The notes under the pieces were generated by a model that saw only the letters and a list, made by a program, of their open reading frames with translations, made no database searches and was not told the DNA's origin. From Antedon mediterranea (lineage: Eukaryota > Animalia > Echinodermata): DNA of 64,000 nucleotides. The stretch lies in contig NC_092672.1 in NCBI RefSeq assembly GCF_964355755.1, positions 18,117,237 to 18,181,236 of the forward strand. Reading direction: 5' to 3'. This document shows, one piece after another, positions 53,578-64,000 of the stretch. Position 1 is the stretch's first letter, and every line of letters starts with the position of its first letter. The translations under genes and the position numbers were made by a program.

Positions 53578-56500
53578 ATTTTTCTTTAACTTTCTAACTG
53601 TATACGTCTGTATACAGCTTCTTTCGCGGTACCCCGAGTATCGCACATTCGTGCTTGTTGTAATAAGGTCCATCTTTCCCAAGGTTGCAAAATATACCGT
53701 TCAAAGTTAGCAGTATGATATCAGGAGAGATTAAACTCATCTGATTCTCTTCTTTAAGATATTTTCATTTCAATTTAAGCTTATTGATCATAAAACATTA
53801 CATAGTATTGGAAAACAATATACTATTAGAATAAAATGAATGGAACGAACATTATTGGCAGTGGCAAAGGTTCGGAGACAAATAGAACCAAGTCAATGTC
53901 TATGTCATCTAATATATAAAAAAAAAACAATGCTTGGAATGATTGTGTTCATTGTAAATGATTCTTCCTTTTTTCGAAAGAGAAATCAATCATGGTGGTC
54001 AAATCCTGGTGGTCACGTATAGAGATAATTAAAGTTTTTTGAAGAACTAGACCAAACGACCAAAATCTTCACAGAATAGTGTCTGGAAGTTGTGAAACAT
54101 GTGCGCTCTACAACAAAAGTCAGAGTTAATCATCTCTTTTAGAATTTTCTTTTGATGCACCGGCTAGTGTTTGGATAGTAAAAATGTAAAATCATTACAT
54201 GTACAAGGGTTCCAGATATATCTATTCAGTGAGGTTGGTATGTACATATTCTGGACGTACTAGTTGAACTATGAATTATCTTCTGATAATGGGGATGATA
54301 AAAGTGATAACCAATAATATAGTAAGATTTGTTGGACGGTTATCCACCAAGGTGTTCAAGGCGCCTGTGAAAAACAAATGGAAACTAATAATCCGTAAAT
54401 TTTACAAACCTACCAAATCTAGACAAAAACTACATAATTGTATTTTGTTTACCAGCACCTAAACAAATAAAAACCAAAATGATATATTGCCAACGTAAAG
54501 AAGCAGATCAAATCAGATAGTTTATTGCCTCAACATAAAAATTGCAGGTCTGCAACCATGTTCTGACCAATCTCTACAAAATGAATTTTGAAAAATTTTA
54601 TAAGTTGCTTTAACTATTAATTTTATTCAAGGTCAGTGTAACATTTTATGTCTAATTTGATTAATAACAGTATTATAATTATATTGATTACAATTATAAT
54701 GAAATAACATAACTTTACTGATCAGCTAATTTGATTACTTGTAAAACTATCGATATCATAGTTTGGACAAATAATGAAATTGACCTGATGTCCACTGATG
54801 GAATTATGTATTCGCTCTTTAGTCTAGGACCTGGGTCAGATTATGGATTAAGGAATAGAAAGATATGCATCGACGGTGACATCAAACGATTTTCGAACGC
54901 GCATGCCTATACTAAAGCACTGCTGTCAATCAAACAAACACGCTCATTGAACTCCGTGTCTCTAACCGCGGCCCTCTATAGAACGCTGCGAATCAACTGT
55001 TACATTTTTTTAGAACAAATCGTATGCGCAGTCTGATTGTTTTATTGACATGTCTGCATCGATGATTAATTGACAACAACAATATATTGCTGAACAATTC
55101 TGTTTTAATTTCATCACAATCGGACTACGAAAAGTTCACTTTCTTACGACCGGTAATTTTAAGTAGTTGGTAATATTAATAAAATACGCAATTTTTATAT
55201 TTGAATTATCATATTGGCCTTCCACCTGCTGCCATTAAAAATTGCGGTAATCTATAGAATATTAAATTATGCATTTGACTATGTATGTTGTTACCGTGTC
55301 CTGTGGTCTCACGTACAGCAAACGTGTTTTTAATATATGGCTAAGCAGAGGTTTCTTCATAAATCTCCTTAATTATCGATGTGATTATATTTAAATTGTA
55401 GTGCCTGGTGATTGGCTAGTGGTTATGTCATCCAAATCACATCCAATCACCGGACCTAATTGAATGAAAAATATATAATACAACATAATTAATATCTAAA
55501 AGTAATAAAACAGTAAAAAGTGGTTCAAAATGCTTGGTAAATTTACCAAGATCTTCCAAACACTTGAATCATTTAATATTATAAATAAACCAAAATAAAT
55601 TTACACTATTTAATATACTCATTTTTTTTTTTAAATAATAAAATATGCACATTTTCCACAAAATTAGCATCATAATTGCAGATTTTTAATAAACAATGGA
55701 TAGAATATTTTATGGGCTTTCATTTGATACCAAATAGTTTTTCAAAAACTTAATTAATATTATATAAATAAACACAACAATTACGCTGCAAAATATTCAT
55801 TTTTTGTATAAAAGTAAACAAATTATGCACATTTCCCATAAAATTAGCTTCATAATTAAAAATTGTCAATACAAGTTGGGTAGCAATGGGTATAGTATAT
55901 TGTATATGCTTTCATTTGATACCATATACAGTGTGTCCATTGACATTTTAAAGAATAATTTAACCCGAAAATGTGGTTTTTGGTCACTTTTGGGTCAAAG
56001 GCCGGCCAGTAAAAGCATTTCTGGTCATTTTTTCGCTAAAAGTTGTTAGACCGAATATATAAATATGTATATTCTGAACAATTTGTCACCAAAATCAAAT
56101 CTGTACGACAAGTGTTTGTCGAGATATAAGAACCACACATTTTTAACCTATGACCCCGATTTTGGGCATGTTCGCTTAGGATAGTGAATTTGGCACACAT
56201 CCCAATCATGTTGTTCTTTGGGGTCAAATTATGCTATAACAGTTGAGATATTCTCTTCTAAATTAAATGCATACAAATCTTACCCAGGTCGTAGACTACT
56301 GTAAAATTAATTCGTTTTTAAAGTTTAGCTGTGCCATTTTGATATAGGCCCTAATTATCTTTCATAAAAATTTATGTTTAACGACGTTTAACAAGGCCAT
56401 ATACATGTCTGCAGTCGCGTGTTTAAGTTAGTGTTTACCGACCGACCGACCGACATAGTGACTAAAAATCGTTTTTAAATTGTTTTGCACAAAACGATTA

Positions 56501-56809
56501 CATTCATCATTAGAATTGAAGAAAATGTAGTTTTATACCGTTACGCATGGACAAAGATACTTTTGTCCAAGGTTTAACTGTTTTGGTTTCGAGTACAGTA
56601 ATAATTAGGGAGTTTTCGCAACCTTACGAATACGATAACGAAAACGCGTGTGGCGATAGCAAAAATAGAGGCTTTATGATTAATGCCGCCCTCTATTTTT
56701 TTGAAAACTTTTGACTGAGGAGTGACGTAGGCTAATTTCGTTATTTTCGTCAAAAAAAGATTGTAATTCAGTAACAGTACACCATTCGGCATTATATTAA
56801 ACAATATCA

Positions 56810-59800
56810 ATGGGGAAGAAAAACGAAGCTAGTATGTATAAATTATGATTAGTTTAATTTCATCTGGTTTCTTTCACGGTTTCTACTTTTTTACAAGGCT
56901 AGGCCTAGGCCTAGGCCCTAGGCCTAGCCTACTCTAGCTACTAGGCCGGCAATCGCCCACCAGTACCAAGCTAGGCCTAGGTAGGCTAGGCCGGCTAGGC
57001 TAGTAGTAGTAGGCCTAGCCTCTACTAGACTAGGGCTTAGCAATGCTTAGGCCTAGCTAGCTATGGCCCGGGATCCAGTCAAGTTGCCCCATCCAAAGTC
57101 GCCCAATACAAAGTCGCCCCATCGCAAAGTCGCCCCAAAACAAAGTCGCCCCAAAACAAAGTCGCCCCATCGCAAAGTCGCCCCATCACAAAGTCACCCC
57201 ATTCCAAAGTCGCCCCATTGCAAAGTCGCCCCATATTAGTTTCCAATGGTTTTTCTTTATTTTTTTAGGTGAATCTTCAAGCAGTCCTCACAAAAAACAC
57301 AAGAAACATAAACATAAAAAACATAAAAAGAAACGAAGCCACCATCCAAGTGAAGATGAGAGTGCTGTCATTATGCCTTCAGTTACAAGCATTGGGGAAT
57401 CAGGCAAACCTCAACTCAAACTTAAAATCAAACTGGGAGGATATATGATTAACACTAAAGAGTATGTATTTATTTTGCCTCCTTTCATGGTAAACCCTAC
57501 ACTGAAGGCTTCTGCTTTAACTTGTAATACTTTGTGAAAATGAGCTGTATGAAAATTGCTGAAATGTATGATCACAATTTAAAAACTCTTAATAGAGGGC
57601 ATACATAAATATTAACTTATAAACAATAATAATACTTCATTCTTATATACGGTAATCAATTTATATAGTGCAAAATGCCCTGGTCATTTGTTAAACATAC
57701 TTCTATAATTGTGCGGTTTGTGCAGTATTAAGCATGCTTTTCACAAATTTGTTAGGGCGAATCAAGGCTTTAAATCAAAGCTTATATGTATGCATACTGT
57801 ATTTATGTTTCCATCTTCCAAATCCCTCTCTGCAATTAATTCTTGTTAAACCTCAAGTTTTACGCTTCAGGGAATTATTTCTACTTTTTGCAAAGCATAA
57901 CATTGCACAACTAATCAGAGCTTAGGAAACAAGCTATGATGCGTACATGAGCGAATCGAAAAGTTCAGGAGACATGCAATGAACAAGACAATCACAGCTA
58001 TTGCTCTTGTAGTGGAAAGGGTGGTGTGATTTTTTTCTCATACCAGTTTATTAATTTATCTCTTGCAATTCCAGTTTTCTTTCAGAATGTCTATTTTATA
58101 TTAAACAATTTCATTTTCCTCCTAAATATTTAGGGTCTCAAGATCATCAGTTACTGATCTTGATGATGAAAGCCTTGAATATTCTGGTAAGAATTCACAG
58201 CAGCAAATTAGTATCAAATTAAAAATTTAAAGTAAAAATCTACAATTATTCTAAAGAAAGCTTTTCGTTTTGTCTAGTCAATAGGAAGCATACGTTGGCA
58301 ATGACAAGATCTAGAACTTATGGGAATTATACATTAATGATGTCATTTGTTACAAGATCATCACCTGGACTGTATCTAGAATCTATGAATTGGGTGGGTC
58401 ATTCCATATCAAATCAACTACAACAAACGGTTTGCACGCTATGACATTTACATTTAAACGTGTCAACTGATTTTTGTTGATACAGATGTCATTAGAAAGG
58501 TTATGTTTTAAGCTATTTAAATATCACATTTACTTTTTATTCATATCTATTTTAAAGATGTTTAAACTATTCTATTCACTTTGACCTTGGATTTGACCTT
58601 GTTGGACATGTGATATGAAGACAACATTTTGTGAAATTTATCCCTTACAATTTACATGTTTGATAACATAAGTTTGGTATTTTGGAAACTACATAGAATT
58701 CAATGACCACCTATTTAACCAGGGAGGTATCTTCCTGATTTAACTGTGTCCAGTTGTAATTACAGTACTACAGTATATTTGTATTTCAAAACCTTAATTG
58801 GTCACGGTACAGTATTTTATGGAAGAAGATAAAAATACATTGGTATCAGTGGCTACATTTCATTGATTGAATGGTCTAATAATGAATGCAAGTCGATATA
58901 TAGTAGTCACAGAATTTCTTTCACCATCCCAATCCATCCATATTATATATATCCATTTTATTTAATTAAATCTTTCTATTCAATTTCTTTACTTAATTAA
59001 TTGTATATTTTGTGGTCTATATAGATCATTCTGAAGATGTCCACCATAACACCAAATCAAAAGACACGGAAGAAGAGGCCTGGCTTAGTGCCCTTGAAAA
59101 AGGAGAGTTAGATGATATTGGTGAATTGAAGAAGATTAGAGATCCTGCAAACTTAACTGCCAGACAGGTTAGAATCAGTCACTGTATAAAGTAATGTAGG
59201 TCTCAGGTCCTCTATGATCCACACCAAACTGTAGCTGCACATCAAAAGACCATAAACTGTTTTTGTAGACCTAAAAATTGGAATTTTGATTAGGGTATTA
59301 CTCAAAACAGCACATGCACAAGGTCCTCAACACTTCAAAGATGTTACAACATTACACTACTGTACAGTGCCTGTGTGTTAACTACCAGGGTAACCCCCAA
59401 CTTGCTCATGACACTACAGTGGCTGTGTGTGAACTACCAGGGTAACCCCCAACTTGCTTATGACACTACAGTGGCTGTGTGTGAACTACCAGGGTAACCC
59501 CCAACTTGCTCATGACACTACAGTGGCTGTGTGTGAACTACCAGGGTAACCCCCAACTTGCTCATGACACTACAGTGGCTGTGTGTGAACTACCAGGGTA
59601 ACCCCCAACTTGCTTATGACACTACAGTGGCTGTGTGTGAACTACCAGGGTAACCCCCAACTCATCTCTGAAGATGTACTATAGTAGGTTGCACACAAGC
59701 ATTTTGTGTACACTGGATGGTTTATAGTTCATATCCGAAAAAACTCCAAAACCATGGATCAAGTGAGCCTCGAACCCTTGATGATTGTATGGCCATGTAT

Positions 59801-61506
59801 TATGGTTCCACTGTCTTAATCATTTGGCCACAACAACAATCATTTTTTTAAACTTCTTTATAAAAAATTGTTTGATGTTTTTCAAAATGTTTGTTGTTAC
59901 TATTGATAATTGTCTTTTATTTATTCATTTAAGAAAGCAATGTTGCATGGGTTAAGCGCAGAAGAGGAGAAAAAATTAATGAAATTGCCAACTGGTCAAA
60001 AATCCGCAGAAGTAACAGAAGAAATGCTTGAAAAGAGAGCAGAAAGAGCATTAAAGCGACGTCAACAGGCAAAGAAAAAAGCAGAAGAAAATAAAGTATG
60101 TTGTTGTTGTAATATTTACAGTAGACAAAGGTGTACATCACCAACTTCTTGCCATCAGCAAAACTATTTTGATATGATACACTTTTAATTTAACTTGAAC
60201 TTATGCTGCTTTGAAATAATGAATTGTTCAGCATTGTTTATCACCATTTCAGACTTCCCAACTCTCCCGATAATTGCAGGGGTTTCCCGATTGTTTTTTT
60301 AATGTACAAACAAAAATATCCCAGTGTATTACAGTATTTATTTAGGCTCTACTAATACAGTAGTACTACTACTACTACTACTATTTCAACATGGTATTAT
60401 TTTGTTTTTCATTTTTCCAGGGACCTCTGCCATTTGTATGAACTACCTCTGTGCTAGTTAAATTAAAGTTTAATTGCTTAAGTATTTTAATTGTATTTAT
60501 TTTATTGAATTCTCAAACAGAAGCTAACACTTGAACGTCTTTTGAGAAAACAAGCAATGAAATCAAAACTTGAAAAGGTAAACTTTAAATTTGATTATTT
60601 TGGTTGTACTATTTGCAGTCAGCATAATAAAACAGAGTATGTTGCTGTTATCTATTGCTATCTATTTAAATATTTTTTTAAATTAAATTTAAATTATTAT
60701 TCTTATTTGAAATACAAATATTATGACATCACAACAGTCTTTCAGACGTTGAAGACAGATGTCCTCATATTATGTGATTTCAAAAATAAAAATAGGCATT
60801 TTTTAATTTACCAAGAAAGATGTAAAGATTTTTTTAAACTAATACGTTCAACACAATCAAATGTAAGATACTTTAGAATTATTAATTTTTATTCTTTTTT
60901 TTTAAAGTCTAATACAATACACTAAGTAAAATTGTGTTGTTATGTTTAATACTTGAAATTTTTACACAATTGTGCTAGTTTTGTATTTTTTATTTATTTT
61001 TTTTTAGGCAAAGCATAAAAAAAAAGGAAACATTCCATTTGTCCGGTACATTAATAGTAGTACTAAAGGGATTTCTCTGAACTATCCAGAAGGCTTAGGA
61101 TTCCCTTTGGAACCAAAATTATCAGTGTAAGTACAAAAAATATGAACCATACCATTAACAATACAATGAATATTTATGAGATGAATGGAGACAATAGTTT
61201 CATGATTTGATTATATTGTTTATAACACACATTTATTTGATAAATTAGCCTGGCATTCATTTAGACCACTAAATTTGCACAGATGACTAGGATATATACA
61301 CTCAAGTTCAAGGATGTACAATGCACCAACATGATTAATTTAACTATTACATTGTTCTTGTTCTTCACAGGCCAATTCCATTACCCAAAAATTGTGGAGT
61401 AGAAGGTTGTAACAACATAAAGCGATATACATGTTCCAAAACTGCTGTTCCTCTTTGCAGCTTACAGTGTTATCAAAAGAACTTAATTATTATGAACAAA
61501 TCATGA
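56810..61506 (+). CDS. INO80B: INO80 complex subunit B (PAPA-1/Ies2, zf-HIT); 8 coding exons, ~294 aa
   Basis: Exons: 56810-56831, 57269-57461, 58134-58186, 59025-59167, 59934-60095, 60521-60577, 61008-61126, 61371-61506. All introns are GT-AG and in phase (885 nt). Motifs: HKKHKKHKHKKHKKK, KPQLKLKIKLGG, EEEAWLSALEKGELDDIGELKK..LTARQ, and the C-terminal HIT finger CGVEGC..YTCSKTAVPLCSLQCY. Confidence 0.93.
57070..57244. mobile_element. Miniature derivative of the AAAGTCGCCCC-repeat element in INO80B intron 1
   Basis: Starts GGGATCCAGTCAAG, has ~10 repeats in one orientation, and ends TAGTTTCC (approximately the reverse complement of the GGAAGCTA end at 40610). Confidence 0.7.
59362..59662. 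repeat. 52-bp minisatellite, ~5.5 copies, adjoining a minus-strand SINE in INO80B intron 4
   Basis: Unit ACACTACAGTGGCTGTGTGTGAACTACCAGGGTAACCCCCAACTTGCTCATG. Confidence 0.93.
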
Positions 61507-61981
61507 TGTGCTAAAGCTAAATACTACATAATTTATGATTTCGAATTAGTGCTATAACATGGTGACAGAAGAAAGATGGAACAGATTTACAGTTCAAACA
61601 TGCTGAGAAAAGATATTTTCAGTGTTTCATTTAGGTGGCTGATTAATTATGGTTTTCACTTGCATGGCTAGCAACAACTAAATAATGTGTGTACATTGGG
61701 AAACGAGTGAATTGCATTTGTATGTGTGGATAATGAAATCATGTACATTCGTTATGTGTGCATGGTCAAAGTTTTTACTTAGTACATATTTATTAATACT
61801 AAAGAGACTAAATGAATGCTGGAAGAGCAACAATTTCAATACACAAATTCACATAAACCATGAGTTGTAGCTTTAGTGCTGGTTATGATCCTTTCCTACA
61901 AATCCAATAATTTGCAAAACAACTCTAATGTGTGTATTGAAAATTAATAATATTAACATAGCATCAGAATAATTGTACTTA

Positions 61982-63312
61982 CTAGATGGTACGCGAGTGA
62001 AGCAAACATACCATCTAGGTCGTGCCCACAGATGGTTCTCGAATACATAGTAATTTCTGCGTTAAAAAAATGGCGATTTTAAATGACAATAATACATGTC
62101 GTTTACAGGAACTAAAATTAGGTTTTGTATGGGATTGAGGGATGGGGAAGAGGATAGGTGCAAAGAGAAACAATTTTCAAATATATTCTTTATCCATCCA
62201 GTAACGAAATATTAATTGTTTTCATGTTTTACAAATAATTTAATGTAAAACATTGCGATTTAATACTTTGTTGAAACTGTCACTGTCATAGACGATTGAA
62301 ATAGTAAAGTACATGTAACGATACATCACTACAACGTTTACATTTTTTTTGTAATTACAGTATTAATTATAAACGTTGAGAAGCAACTGTCAGTAATAAA
62401 GTTTATTTGTATATGTGTTTTTTATATAATGTAAAACAGTTTCTGTAAAACACCTATTCGGGGCAAATCGTAAATTCACTTTAATCGGTAATAAATAACT
62501 ATCTAATTTAATTTAATTAGTAGGCCTAATGGTTTTCAGTTGTTTCTTGGAGCCAATTCATACTTAAGTTGCAGTAACTGTGCAAACAACTATGCCTAAA
62601 CGGGCCCTTAGAAAGTTATGTGATGGTAAAATGAGAATTTTAAAATGAGAATTTTAAAATGAAAAATAAACTAGACTTGAATTGCATGGAATCGGCCTGC
62701 CACATTCCTGTCTTACTATCTTATGATTTTAACTGTCTGATCAATTGAAATAAGAAGTACATTCAGGGGGGTGGATGGTGGTTGAACTGCAAAAATAATG
62801 TTGATTGTACAGATATCCCACCTCTGCAGTCACATATTTTTTTTAATGGATCGAATTTCTGTTATGAGTGCACTTGTCATTGTGTTATTACGCTTGAGGG
62901 AGAAGAGAGACTGGAATGTTCCATTCATTGCCAAGCAATACGTTTGTATAAACGTATATTAAATCTATTAAAATAGTAGTAGTAAAGCCTGTCTACAACA
63001 TTATGATGCTGTACTCGAGCTGTTTAAACAATTTTCAGCTATTAAAAACAATTATCGTAGAAGAAGATAGGCAAATGCGAAGCATCCTCGTATTATTTTT
63101 CGGCATTGACATCCATTAGACAGTGTATACCACGATCCAAAAACACCCCTATTTGGGGCAGATTGTTGAACCTAAATTCAGTTTAATTGTCAATAACGAA
63201 TTATCTGAATCAATTTAATAAGAAAACAGGGTTACATCAGGTGGTTGAAATCAGTACCGAAAGTACGAACCAACTTTATATTACCATCGAGTAAACATTC
63301 TAGAAATAACGC
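61982..63312 (-). mobile_element. Inverted copy of the 16740-18110 Helitron (5' terminus missing)
   Basis: Reverse-complement similarity from the CTAG end (ccatctaggtcgtgcccacagatggttctc) to cgagtaaacattctagaaataacgc. Confidence 0.85.
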
Positions 63313-63774
63313 TCAAAATTGTAAGTGGGTACAGGAAATAATTTTAACAAAATGTTACCAATATTCAATTACATTTTTTAGGATCATAAATAAAATCTAA
63401 GATTCCAATGAGTTTACCTTCGCCGTGGCATTCTGTTTCATTTTTTAATTGCCGTGGGTTTTTAAATTGCCGTGATATTTTGTGAAAATTGCTGTGACAC
63501 TTACAGGCCACTGTACCAAAATGAATCTGTCAAATTAACAAAAATTATTTGTTTGTTTTTCTAGTTAATGCACTATCGTGAATTGTCTTAAAAAAGGATC
63601 CAATTAAAAATTAACTTGTAGTGTGTACCATCTATATTTGTTTTAAAAAATTATTTTCATTTATGTCTTGGCCTAGACTCTCGTCTTGCAGAAAAAAAGT
63701 AAATATTGTAAAGTAAAAAAAGTAAAAGTAAATTTGTTATACTCATAAAATGGAACAAATACTTTCTTGTGTTA

Positions 63775-63900
63775 TTAGGGAGGTTTCGCAACCTTAAGAA
63801 TACGATAACGAAAACGGATACGTCATACATTTGTGAAACTTTTGAGCTGATCCCCATTTCATATTCGTAAAGCGTATTCGTGTTGACGAATATCACCAGT
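63775..63900. repeat. Dispersed repeat shared with the INO80B upstream region (~56604-56650)
   Basis: ttagggag(t/g)tttcgcaacctta(c/a)gaatacgataacgaaaacg occurs at both loci. Confidence 0.6.
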
Positions 63901-64000
63901 CATATTCGTAACTACAAAACGAGTATAGTTTTTGATCTATTTTTGCACATTTTGCATTTGAATTAGGAATGATTCATGATTATAATATAATTATAGATTT

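Larger units (their letters stand above)
52443..53659 (+). mobile_element. HINE/Helentron-like element with duplicated 3' part, carrying four tRNA-Val-like genes
   Basis: 5' tttttACTCGGGGTACCCGAGT hairpin. The 3' GTACCCCGAGTA subTIR plus GCAC-attc-GTGC hairpin occurs twice (~53120-53146 and ~53630-53655). Confidence 0.7.

Overview
AT-rich, intron-rich animal genomic DNA. It is probably from a deuterostome invertebrate such as an echinoderm, inferred from Deu/CORE-like SINEs and abundant TAGGCCTA. Three protein-coding genes could be spliced by hand. They are the last two exons of FTSJ3/Spb1 (+, 1258-2780), a complete 21-exon Rabaptin-5/RABEP1 gene with a C-terminal FYVE-like domain (-, 40224 to 10067, ~994 aa), and a complete 8-exon INO80B gene (+, 56810-61506, ~294 aa). 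The rest is minisatellites, degenerate LINEs (L2/CR1-like, R4-like), SINEs, Helitron/Helentron-type elements, a solo LTR and a deeply nested stack of DNA transposons between the divergent RABEP1 and INO80B promoters. The most unusual observations are four. A 17-bp minisatellite consists of 23 copies of the RABEP1 exon-13 splice donor itself. Two copies of one Helitron carry their terminal hairpin loop in opposite (flip/flop) orientation. Three tandem tRNA cloverleaves with an ATC anticodon lie in a (TA)n-flanked element. A Helentron-like element carries tRNA-Val(AAC) copies. Family assignments come from recalled motifs, not database searches.
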